Source: Diplonema japonicum
Taxonomy: Eukaryota > Protista > Euglenozoa: Diplonemea
DNA length: 64,000 nucleotides
Reading direction: 5' to 3'
Assembly (NCBI GenBank): GCA_964019335.1
Contig: OZ025684.1
Coordinates: 525,038-589,037 of the forward strand
Part shown: one piece after another, positions 45,898 through 56,700 of the stretch
How positions within the stretch are numbered: position 1 is the first letter of the stretch
Layout: every line of letters starts with the position of its first letter
The notes under the pieces: model-generated
What the model saw: the letters and a program-made list of their open reading frames with translations, nothing else
Databases searched by the model: none
Told to the model about the DNA's origin: nothing
Program-made: the position numbers and the translations under genes

Positions 45898-46428
45898 ATA
45901 TTGTTCACCTCTTCACCTGATCCCTCTCTCTTTCCATTCATGTTATTTTAGGTTTGTTCTTTTTTATTTATTTTATTTCACTCTTCAGAAATTACTTCAC
46001 ACACTGGGGGGCCCATTACTTCACGCTAAATCTCATTACTTCACAGTGAAATAATGGCCTGTTTCCGTGAAGTAATAGGGGGTTTCCATTAAATAATATG
46101 CCAGTTTTTGCCTTGGTTCAGTTCCCAGTGGGGCTACTTTTTCTAAAAAATTTTTTTTTCTAGGGACCCTCACTCATTTAGCACCCTCAAAACAGACTTT
46201 TTTGGAAATTTTTGGCCAAAAAAAAAATTTTTTTTGAACACCCAATTTTGTCCCAAAAATGGAATTCTGAACAGCCAATGGAAAGTTTTAACCCCACTTG
46301 GAACCTGAAAGTTTTTTTTTCAAAAATCACTTTAGGAATCTTCCTTAGGGTCTAAATGGCCACCTGAAAATCACAAAATCAAGCTTCATTTTAGAATGGT
46401 ATTTTTGGAATTTTGGCCTAATTTTGGG

Positions 46429-46733
46429 CAGTGTTGGTCCAGACCCTTGAGGGACTCAGGGGACTCCAAGGGACAGGACAGGAGTCCCCTGAAATTTTCA
46501 GGGGTCTGGAGGGGACTCAGGGGACTCAAGGGACTCAGGGGACTCAGGGGTCTGGAGGGGACTCAGGGGACTCTTGGGACCAAAAAATTTCTTTGTGTTT
46601 TTTGTGTCACAAAGACCCAAATTTAGGCTGGGGCTTGCATTTTTTTGGTACTTTTGGTTTCAAAGGTTCAAAAAAAGAGGTCCTAGGTTTGGGTGGGATG
46701 TGAGGCAAGGCTCATACTACCTTGTTGTGACTA

Positions 46734-46766
<33 letters not shown>

Positions 46767-46844
46767 AAAAAAAATGTCAGGGGGTTTGGAGACCTGCTTT
46801 GAAAAAAATATTAAAAAGAGGCCTTTGCAAGAAAAGTACAATGC

Positions 46845-46876
<32 letters not shown>

Positions 46877-49168
46877 AAAAGGGCTGGTGGTCTGAGGGGT
46901 CTGGCCCACAAACCACCCCAACACTGCAAATTTTCGACCACACCATGTGGTGTGTTGTGACATATTTTACACCATATTTTGCATACCTGATGTTCTACAT
47001 GATGTATGCAACACAGGGTGCACAACATGGCACATGGCACGTGTTTTATAACATGTACCACTATGCTGCACAGGGAAAAGCAGGTGTCACAATGTGCACC
47101 TCCTAGTGAGTGTGTATACAAAAAAAAAAAAAAAAAAAAAAAAAATAAATAAAATAAATAAATAAAATTTCAGTGCATGGGGGTGCTGACTGTGGTAGGA
47201 AAAAAAAAAAAAATCTTTTATCTTCTTTTTCAGGTGGTGGGGACAACATGAAAATATAAGAAAAACATCAGATGTGTTGTTTGCTGTTGACCTCCTCATC
47301 TGTCATCACTGAGCAAACCACATGAGCACAGAATCTTGGTTACCTGGGGTGCCCTGGCTGGGGTTGAGCTGAACACCACACATAAAGGACCAGTGTTGGT
47401 CAGTCCTGTCCCATTCCCTAAAACGGAATATGGGCCTGGATGGGACTCATGGGACTCCATGGGACGGGACTCGACAGGACTCACGGGACTCACAGGACTT
47501 TCCCCAACACTGTCATTATTTTTGATAGTTTTGCAACTTTTTTTTTTTTTTTCTTTTTTTCCCTTTGGGAAAAAAAAAAAAAAAAAAAATGGGGAAAAAA
47601 AAAAGAGAAAAAAATCCTTGATTTTTTTTGACATACATGATGTGTTTACCTTTTTCTTTTTTTCTTGTCTTCTCACATTTTTTCGCGCACCTAAGCCAAG
47701 CTGTTGTTTCTGCTTTCCACATCAAATGTTGTATTTGGATGTAATAGAAAAGGGGAAATAATAAATAATATGTATAAGAGGAGGGTGTGTATGTTTATAC
47801 AACCTGTGTAAACAGATTGGTTCCTTGCTTTCAGCACTGTGCCCCTAATGCGTGCGATGTACAGCTCAACCCCTGCATCACACTGCCTGTTTGTTGCACA
47901 TATTTTCATGTTGTCCCCCCCCCCCCCCCCCCCCACCTGAAAATAATTTAGGAGATAAATATATGAGTTAAAGGAGGCTGGTGTTGGCAGCACCCTGCAC
48001 AAGAACTGTCTACTTGATTACAGGGGGGTGCACCACAGCTGAGTTGTAGCTTCTTCTGCATTCTGCATCGTTTCCTTAATCACCGTGGCTGGGATGTAGC
48101 TTCTTCTGCATTCCACATTGTGCCCTTAATCACTGCAGCCAGGTTGTAACTTCTTGCATTCCATGTCATTTCCTTAACCACCATGGCCGGGTTGTAGCTT
48201 CTTCTGCATTCTGCATCGTGTCCTTAATCACTGTGGCCGAGTAGCTTTTGTGTTCCGTGTCATTTCCTTAATCACGATGGCTGGATGGCTGGGTTGTAGC
48301 TTCTTCTGTGTTCTGTGTTGTGTCCTTAATGTGTGTGGTGTTCAGCTCAACCCCAGCCAGGGCACCCCAGGTAACCAAGATTCTGCACTTGTGTTGTTTG
48401 CTTAGTGATGACAGATGAGGAGGTCAACAGCAAACAACACATCTGATGTTTTTCTTATTTTTTCATGTTATCCCCACCACCTGAAAAAGAAGATAAAAGA
48501 TTTTTTTTTTTTTTTACTAACAGTTAGCACCCCCATGCACTGAAATTTTATTGTTTTTTTTTTTTTTTTTCTTTTTTTTTTTTTTTCTATATTGTTCACC
48601 AGGGGTGCACATGTGACACCTGCTTTTCCCTGTGCAGCATAGTGGTACATGTTATAAAACACGTGCTGTGTTGTGCACCCTGTGTTGCATACATTATGTG
48701 TGTCGAAAATTTGCAGTGTTGGGGTGGTTTGTGGGCCAGACCTCAGACCACCAGTCTGGCTAACATTGCCTATCCAACCCTTTTTTTTTTTTTTTTTGCA
48801 TTGTACTTTTCTTGCAAAGGCCTCTTTTTAATATTTTTTTCAAAGCAGGTCTCTAAACCCCCTGACATTTTTTTAATTTTTTTTTTTCTTTTTTTTTTTT
48901 TTTTTTACATAGTCACAACAAGGTAGTATGAGCCTTGCCTCACATCCCACCCAAACCTAGGACCTCTTTTTTTGAACCTTTGAAACCAAAAGTACCAAAA
49001 AAATGCAAGCCCCAGCCTAAATTTGGGCCTTTGTGACACAAAAAACACAAAGAAATTTTTTGGTCCCAAGAGTCCCCTGAGTCCCCTCCAGACCCCTGAA
49101 AATTTCAGGGGACTCCTGTCCTGTCCCTTGGAGTCCCCTGAGTCCCTCAAGGGTCTGGACCAACACTG
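46429..49168. repeat. Long inverted duplication (arms ~46429-47385 and ~48330-49168)
   Basis: Begins cagtgttggtccagaccc and ends gggtctggaccaacactg; arms align in reverse complement, including the (gggactcag)n block. Confidence 0.85.
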
Positions 49169-49997
49169 TTAAGGACACGACACAGAACACAGAAGAAGCT
49201 ACAACCTGGCTGTGGTGGTTAAGGAAATGACATGGAATGCAAGAAGTTACAACCTGGCTGCAGTGATTAAGGGCATGATGTAGAACACAGAAGAAGCTAC
49301 ATCCCAGCCACAGTGATTAAGGAAACGATGCAGAATGCAGAAGAAGCTACAACTCAGCTGCGGTGCACCCCCCTGTAATCAAGTAGACAGTTCTTGTGCA
49401 GGGTGCTGCCAACACCAGCCTCCTTTAACTCATATATTTATCCTATATATTATTTTCAGGTGGGGGGGGGGATAACATGAAAATATGTGCAACAAACAGG
49501 CAGTGCAATGCAGGGGTTGAGCTGTACATTGCACACATCAGGGGCATGGTGCTGAAAGCAAGGAACCGATCTGTTTACACAGGTTGTATAAACATACACA
49601 CCCTCCTCTTATACATATTATTTATTATTTCCCCCCTTTTCTATTACATCCAAATACAACATTTGATGTGGAAAGCAGAAACAACATCTTGGCTTAGGTG
49701 TGTGAAAAAATGTGAGAAGACAAGAAAAAAAGAAGGGAAAAAAAAAAAGGTAAACACATTATGTATGTCAATCAAGGATTTTTCTCTTTTTTTTTTTCCC
49801 CCATTTTTTTTTTTTTTTTTTTTTCCAAAGGGAAAAAAAGAGAAAAAAAAAAAAAAAAAAAGTTGCAAAACTATCAAAAATAATGACAGTGTTGGGGAGA
49901 GTCCCATGAGTCCTGTTGAGTCCCATCCTGTGGAGTTCTGTGAGTCCCATCCAGGCCTGTATTCCGTTTTAGGGGATGGGATGACTGACCAACACTG
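47391..49997. repeat. Second, overlapping inverted duplication (arms ~47391-48190 and ~49170-49997)
   Basis: Begins cagtgttggtcagtc and ends gactgaccaacactg; arms align in reverse complement. Confidence 0.85.
48035..48330. repeat. ~50-bp minisatellite, about 6 degenerate copies (further copies at 49170-49360 inverted and 51640-51730)
   Basis: Unit gttgtagcttcttctgcattctgcatcgtttccttaatcaccgtggctgg. Confidence 0.85.
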
Positions 49998-50099
49998 GAC
50001 TGACTGGACTGGACTGGACTGGACTGGACCAGACCAGACTGGACCAGACTGGACTGGACTGGACTGGACCAGACCAGACCAGACTGAACCAGACTGGAC
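49995..50099. repeat. Pentanucleotide microsatellite (CTGGA/CCAGA)n; inverted copy at ~52218-52335
   Basis: Direct reading. Confidence 0.85.
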
Positions 50100-51159
50100 A
50101 AGATACAACCACAACACCACATCCCCCCTTTTTTTTTGCTGTGGAGTTCAAACGTATAAACAGATGTCTACAAGAAAAGATATTATACAGGTACTGAGAG
50201 ATGACAACAACAACAACAACAACAAGAAGAAGAAGAAAAGAAAAAGGAGTAACAGTACTGGTTCCTGTTCGTCTTCATCTTCCTCCTCAAAGCCATGTGC
50301 CACTACTAAAATTGAAGAACTACTCAGTCAAAAACCCGAATGTGGCCCTACTTTAACCTGCACCCAGAAGAAAACTGGGCTTTCTCAGTCTGCGATGTTG
50401 CAGTTTATCAGTGGTAAAGGCAGGAGAAAGAAAAAAAAAAGAAAAAAAAAAGGCATTGGCAGTACATTTAAAGCATTCTTTTGGGAAACTGGTAGTAAAA
50501 ACACGATACCAACTGCAACTGACAAGGCAGTGGCTTGGGATGGTACGATTGTTGGTGTCATTCCTAGGGTTGCAGCTGCTTGTGTATGTTAGTAGGAGCC
50601 TGGAATCATTTTCCACTTCCCTCCCAAAACTGTGGATGAACGAGTGTACAACCTTGTAGAAGTTACCTCAACCAACCCCAATCACCTTTCTGAGATGGAA
50701 GCAAAGCTGAGGCTTGCACAGCTTAAGGTGAAGGAGCTGCAGGAAAAGCTGAAACACTTTCAGAGTTCCACATCCAGAGACCTGCTCAGTGTTGTTACAG
50801 GAAAAAACCTGGGGGGGGGTGGGGGGGTGGGGGGGCAAAAAAAATTTTTTTTTTTCTAGGGACCCTCACTCCTATAGCACCCTCAAAACAGACTTTTTTG
50901 GAAATTTTTAGCCAAAAAAAAATTTTTTTTTTCCCAGGGGACCCCAAACTTGGGGTCACTTTAGCCATTTTTGACCCTAAAATTTTTTTTCTGGAAAAAT
51001 GAAATTTATATTAAAAACACCTAATAAACCCATTTCTGCAAACCAAAAAGTTCAGAAAGGTGTTTAGGTGGAATACACATCTCTAAACTATATTCTGAAG
51101 TAAAAAGTAAGTAAAAATCCAAAAATTTCAGGGGGGTAACTCATTCTCATAACAACACT

Positions 51160-51472
51160 ACACGGTCAAGGTGTGCAACAAGGAGAACTGGGCCCCGGTG
51201 AACAGTGTGGTGGCTTGGCTGCAGCTTGAGTCAGGGAGGGCACGGGTGGGGCCCATACCCCACAAGAAGAGGTCCAAAGGCTTGCTGGCCAGATAGGCCA
51301 GCAGGGGTGTGGGGGCCTGGTCCCCCCCCCCCCCCCCCCCCACCCCCCCCACCTTAGGAAGATGTGAAACTTTTTTTTTTTTTTTTTTTTTCTGAGAAAA
51401 AAAAAAAAGGGAAAAATAAAAGAATAGGGAACAGGTGCTACAATGGCCAGGCCAGATAGAACCACTTAGATT
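51160..51472 (+). mobile_element. 5'-truncated, CpG-decayed copy of the 3' end of the CRE-like element
   Basis: Aligns with 62116-62404 (last codons plus 3' UTR up to agaaccacttagatt). Confidence 0.92.
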
Positions 51473-51476
51473 CCGC

Positions 51477-51503
51477 AACCAACGATTCTAAAGCTACAGT
51501 TTC
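51477..51503 (+). ncRNA. Spliced-leader exon fragment (nt 1-27)
   Basis: aaccaacgattctaaagctacagtttc; identical over the overlap to the two longer copies. Confidence 0.85.
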
Positions 51504-51920
51504 GTGTTCTGCTGGTGCCTGCCGCCTCTGCCTGGGTTTGCCGCTGCATCTGTCGTCCGTCGTCGCCGTCGTCTGGGGGGGTTGTTTTGCCCATCGGCCT
51601 GCCCACCGCTCAACGAAAGGATCCCAGGTGCACCGCAGCTAGGTTGTAGCTTCTTCTGCGTTCTGCATCGTGTCCTTAATCACCGTGGCCAAGTTGTAGC
51701 TTCTTCTGTGCTCTGTGTCGTGTCCTTAATGTGTGCAGGGTTCAGCTCAACCCTAGCTGGGGTGCCCTGGGTAACCAAGATTCTGCACTCATGTGGTTTG
51801 CTCGGTGATGACTGATGAGGAGGTCAACAGCAAACAACACATCTGATGTTTTTCTTATATTTTCATGTTATCCCCACCACCTGAAAAAGAAGATAAAGGT
51901 TTTTTTTTTTTTTTTTTTTT

Positions 51921-52108
51921 ACCAACTTGGTTGAGGGTTTACCTAAGGTACCGAGGAGGGTGAACAAGGGGCCAAAGGCCACACCACAGCAGAAAGGTTC
52001 AATCAAGAGATAGATTGAGACTCTTCAGGCGTCCTGCCACATACTGCAGGTACCCTTAAAGGTCTCTCTCTTTTTTTTTTTTTTTTTTTTTTTTGTTGTT
52101 GTTGTTGT
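51921..52108 (-). repeat. Inverted copy of 40650-40835
   Basis: Reverse-complement alignment with CpG transitions. Confidence 0.88.
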
Positions 52109-52339
52109 CGTCTCTCAGTACCTGTGTAACATCTTTTCTTGTAGACATCTGTTTATATGTTTGAACTCTGCAGCAAAAAAAAGGGGGGGATGTGGTGTTG
52201 TGGTTGTATCTTGTACGGTCCAGTTCAGTCCAGTCCAGTCCAGTCCAGTCCAGTCTGGTCAGTCCAGTCAGTCCAGCATAATTGGGTTGAAATTCACGCT
52301 GGATCTGGTCTGGTCTGGTCCAGTCCGGTCTAGTCCTAA

Positions 52340-52750
52340 TTAGGATTCACCCATCACTGCTTCTGCCCTTATTTCTCTGATTTTTAACTTCTTGGTTGCA
52401 GCCTGCGAGATTCCACCCCTTTCCTCTACCCCCTCTTTGGAGCTTCCCTGGAAAGGTAGCTAGCAAAGGCAAAGAGGGGGACGAAGAGGGACTGATGGAA
52501 GCTGAAACTCTGACCCCTCTCAAAAAAAAGAAAGGAAAAGAAACGAAACTTTTTAGTTGTATTCATTCCTCCCTAGTTTTTTTATATTTTTAGGTTTCTT
52601 TAAGGAAAGTTTTGATGGTTTACAGGGAACAGTGGAAAAACGAAATTGAGTTACTGTGTTCGGTGGAAAATGAAATTTGGGTTGACTTGAACAGTGTAAA
52701 AATTTTCATTTAGTTGCTGTGTTTGTAGTTTCTCTCTCTTTTTTTTTTTT
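52340..52750 (-). repeat. Inverted copy of ~43130-43530 (region upstream of the most 5' intact gene of the cluster)
   Basis: Near-identical; the ORF track shows the same 65-aa spurious ORF at both sites. Confidence 0.92.
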
Positions 52751-52788
52751 ACCAACGATTCTAAAGCTACAGTTTCTGTACTTTATTG
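52751..52788 (+). ncRNA. Spliced-leader exon copy (nt 2-39) followed by GTA
   Basis: accaacgattctaaagctacagtttctgtactttattg|gta; the CAGTTTCTGTACT.TATTG core is the conserved euglenozoan SL 3' end. No recognisable SL intron or Sm site, so probably not a complete SL RNA gene. Confidence 0.88.
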
Positions 52789-53028
52789 GTAGAGCGGTTT
52801 GAAAAGAAAAAAAAATAGATCAAAGATCACACAGCGAGTATTACGGAGCACAGAGTGGTGATAGTAAAGTATCAGTATCAGTTTCAATATCAGTATCAGC
52901 AAATCAGTGAAAAGTCGGAATACGTGAAAAGTTTGTCAGAAGGAGCACGAGAGATTATAGTGATCGGTAGACAAGAGAGCGAGTTTCTTATAAAGTCAGT
53001 TTTATTCCCCCCCCCACAGACGAAGACC

Positions 53029-53721
53029 ATGGACCCCCATCATCTGGTCCAGAGGGCACAGAGCCTGCTAGCGGGCGACCTCTCTGAGGAAAACAGGAGC
53101 CTGGTGCTGACCACACTAAGCTGCATCTTACAGTTGGTCGAAAAGGCACAGGCCTCCCCTCAACAGCCCACCCCGCAGCAACAGCCAGCTCTGCAACAAT
53201 ACCAGCCCCCACCGCAACCCCAACAGTCATTTGCTCAGCAACAACCTCCACAGACTTACCAACTGAAGGGTCAACCCCAGCAATTCCAGCAGCAGCTCCA
53301 AAACCAACAGGCAAAGGGGCAACTGCGCCAGCAGCAACAATCGAAGAGGACACCCCCAAGGAAGGAGACAAGAGGAAGCGCCAAGACATACCTTGGGGCG
53401 GCCACCAATTGGACGAGCAGACCTGCCCCTGTTAAACCCCCCTTGGCACTGGTACAGCAACACTGGGGAGCCCAGCAGATCCACAACATGGTTCCCAACC
53501 AGCTCACGGCTGGTATCTACTTCAACCCCTTGGACCCGGTCCAACTCTCCTCTCGTCTCAAGGCGCTTGGCCTTGATTTCAAAATCATCTGCACCAAGCC
53601 ATTCAAAATCATCTGCACCAACGATTCTAAAGCTACAGTTTCTGTACTTTATTGGAAAAAGAGAAACCCGAAAATAAAAAAAATAAAAAATGGATCCAAG
53701 ACGGAACGCAAGAGGAGGTGA
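53029..53721 (+). CDS. Gln/Pro-rich ORF, possible retroelement ORF1 or remnant of a second element; reads through the SL copy at 53617
   Basis: ATG 9 nt after a cccccacAG acceptor-like site; helical N-terminus, Q-rich linker, TYLGAA motif. Confidence 0.55.
   Translation: MDPHHLVQRAQSLLAGDLSEENRSLVLTTLSCILQLVEKAQASPQQPTPQQQPALQQYQPPPQPQQSFAQQQPPQTYQLKGQPQQFQQQLQNQQAKGQLRQQQQSKRTPPRKETRGSAKTYLGAATNWTSRPAPVKPPLALVQQHWGAQQIHNMVPNQLTAGIYFNPLDPVQLSSRLKALGLDFKIICTKPFKIICTNDSKATVSVLYWKKRNPKIKKIKNGSKTERKRR
53617..53654 (+). ncRNA. Spliced-leader exon copy (nt 2-39), 35 nt upstream of the polyprotein ATG
   Basis: Identical 38-mer, followed by g and an A-rich leader. Confidence 0.88.
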
Positions 53722-56700
53722 CCGCGCAAACCGCAGGGAGAAGGAACCCCGACAGGCTGCCAGGCTGCACACGACGCCAGGGCCGACCCAACCAGACTAT
53801 CTGGTTGGGCAGTATGAATCCCCACCCCCACCCCCTAGATCCCCCCACCCCCCTTTAGAAAAAAAAAATAAAATAAAAAAATCACTAGCAGAGACTGCGG
53901 TTTTGACTGCCGCTGCTACAGCCACGGCCGCCCCAGCCGCCCTGAACGCCGCAGCCGACCCTGCCGCCCTGATCGCTGCAACTGAGACCGCCGCAGCCGC
54001 CCCTGCCGCAGCCACGACCGCCGCGACCACGACCCCTGCAGCCGACCCTGCTATTGTTGAAGAGGGAAGAAAAGAGGGAGAAAAAAAGGGGTGGGTACTG
54101 GTGTATGGTGAACACCCTCCCGGGTTGAGGACGGGCCCGGCCCCTGCCTTCCCGAAAGCCCTGCTTTCAGGAAAGTGGGAGGCCCTGTCTGGGAACTCAG
54201 GGAGGGAGACCCTCCAATACGGGTACCGGTGGGAGGGGACGAACGCCAAGGTGCGCCCCACCACGGGGATCCCAGGGGGGGCGGAGGGGTGGGTGAGGGA
54301 GGTGGCCGCCGCCGCAGGGCTCGAGGTGGTCCCCAACCAGGTACTTGTCAACAAGTACAAGTCTGGTTGTGGGATTGCCGCCCACAAGGATGACATGAGG
54401 CTGGGACCGATTGTCCTAGTCCTCTCGTACGGAGCCGAGACCACAATGGTCATGAGGAGGGGGGACAGGGTGGTGAAATACCTGGTGCCCCCCTTCTCAT
54501 GGGCATTGTTGGAAGGTGAAGCGAGACACCAGTGGACGCACCACATCCCGTCCGGGATGTCCACTGGTGTCAGGGTGTCGATCACCCTGCGTGCGGTAGG
54601 CCCCAAGCTCACCCGCACACCCCAGGAAGACCCATCCCCTGGGTTAACAGACGAACCCCCTTTTTTAGATCCCCTTTTTTGTGGGCAAGGGGGGGTGGCA
54701 CTCCCAAGAGAGGATAGTGCCCCACCCGCCCCCCTTTTTTTTTTAGAACCCTCTTCGGAGGAAAACAGACCCTCTTCGGAGGAAAATAGAGAGAAAGGGG
54801 AAGAGGTGGCACTCCCGAGAGAGGGTGGTGCTCCTCCCCCCCATTTGTCCCCCCCTTTTTCATTTTTAGAGCCCTCTCCAGAGGAACCCTCCACGGAGGT
54901 AAAAAACAGACCCTCTTCGGAGGAAAACAGAGAGAGAGGGGAAGAGGTGGCACTCCCGAGAGAGGGTAGTGTTCCTCCCCCCCATTCGTCCCCCCCTTTT
55001 TCTTTTATAGAGCCCTCTCCAGAGGGACCCTCCACGGAGGTGAAAAACAGACCCTCTTCGGAGGAAAAAAAGGCAGAGGGAGAGACAGCACGCCCGAGAG
55101 AAGGTAGTGCCCCTCCCTCTCTGCCCCCCATTTTTTCTGGACCCTCTACGGAGGTGTACACCCTGGTCCCCAAGGGCCGGGGGCTTTTTTTGAGGGTGGA
55201 AGGGAAAGAAAAAAAAAAAACAAACAAGGAGGAACCTTTTTTCTTTTCAAACAACCAGGGGGACCCAGCACCCACCCCCACCGCCCACCAAGGTGTGGTT
55301 GGGGCGGAGGCTGCGAGCGACGTGAGAGCACCACTGCACACCCTTGTGAGAAGACAGAAAAGAGCCCCCTGGATTGCCATGGGTGGCAGGGAACCTAAGC
55401 CAGCGCCCAAGCGGAAGAAGAACAGGAGGAGGCACAGGAGCGAAGCGGCCCTTCAGAGGCGTCGGGAGAAGAGGACCAAGGCGAGGGAGGGGGCGAGGGA
55501 GGCTGCCAGACAGGAGAAGAAAAGGCACCGTCGTGCGAGGAAAGAAGGGAGGAGGAGGGCCTGCAGAGAGGAACACGAGGCCGCCCTGGAACAGAAGCCA
55601 GATGACCCTGCAATGGGGCTGAAGCGGACCGAGGTGGGAACGCCTGGAGCCCAACCCCTGGCACCCAGAATCCCGGCACCTGGGGCTGCAACCGGCACAA
55701 GGAGGCACCGCAGACGGACGGGACACAGCAAGGAAGGGGTGAGATGGGAGCACCTGGGGGCGTGGGCCTGGGTCGCCCTGTTCTCCCTCTTGCTGATCCC
55801 AGGGGTGAGGCAGGTGCTGGGGGCGGGCATCGGGATGGCCCCCTCCTTCCTGCATGCGGCAGTGTTGTGGAAGAGGCCGGGGAGCGACAGGAGGACCACC
55901 CGCAGGTCAAGGGTACAGGTGGGGCCCCGAGGGGATGAATGGTCCGCCGGGGAGCTCGCTTGGCTAGCGGTAGGGGGCACTCTGGTGGGAAGCACTTCAG
56001 TTTGGATAGGGGGGCTGATGTCGCTCTGGGCCATGGTGGAAGTGATGGTGGGGAAAGCTGGTGCTGGCCCGACCCAGAGATTCGGACCGGTAAAGCTGAA
56101 GAAGACAAGACGCGGATCGAGAGGTCACTACCGGCCGGTGTACTTGGGCCCGCCTAGAAGCTCAAGACGCAGAAAAAAGAAGGAGGACGCCAAGCAAGCG
56201 GCGAAGGAACGAGCTGAGACGGAGGATAAGCTCTTTCAGGCCGAACACCTGGACCCCTTTGTGGACTTGACGCTGGCAGGGGACGCGTTGCAAGGAGGTG
56301 GTGACCCTCCCCCCATGGATTTGGATGATGAGCACATGGAGGCGCAGAAGGAGGGGGAAAAAGAAGGATCAGACAAACATCAATGCCGGATGGAAGACTG
56401 CTCTTTCCGCACCAGTGTGGCAAGCTGTCTAGTTAAACACCTCAATGCGGTCCACCATCATTTTGTGAAACAAGAGCAGGCGAGGAGCATGAAGGTGAAC
56501 CTCTGTGGAACGTGTGCTGCGGCGTGCTCGTCGAACCAGACGCACTGTGCACTACACAGGCAGCGGAATCTGTGGAACCCCGACAAACAACCCAGGGCCG
56601 GCAAGTCAGTGGACGAGATCATGAAGAGCTTCAAGCTGACGAGGAGATCGACGGAGAAGGACGGGAACTGCATGTTCCACGCCCTGGCCGGTTCGCTCGG

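Noticed and set aside
46429-49168. Intact hAT/foldback transposon
   Set aside because: The ends resemble CAGTG-type TIRs, but there is no target-site duplication or transposase and it interleaves with a second inversion.
49477-50859. 371-aa plus 75-aa plus-strand ORFs
   Set aside because: The first half is homopolymer and microsatellite translation; 50164-50810 may be a gene remnant but has no recognisable motif.
51473-51480. ccgcaacc resembling the CCCGCAAA repeat at the element/SL junction
   Set aside because: Only 6 nt match and it overlaps the SL start; not distinguishable from chance.
52751-52900. Complete SL RNA gene
   Set aside because: Lacks nt 1, shows no evident intron stem-loops, Sm site or T-tract terminator, and its upstream DNA is a copy of 43.1-43.5 kb; kept only as an exon copy.
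53797-55410. 537-aa antisense ORF and other minus-strand ORFs inside the retroelement
   Set aside because: Shadows of a GC-rich coding strand; no motifs.
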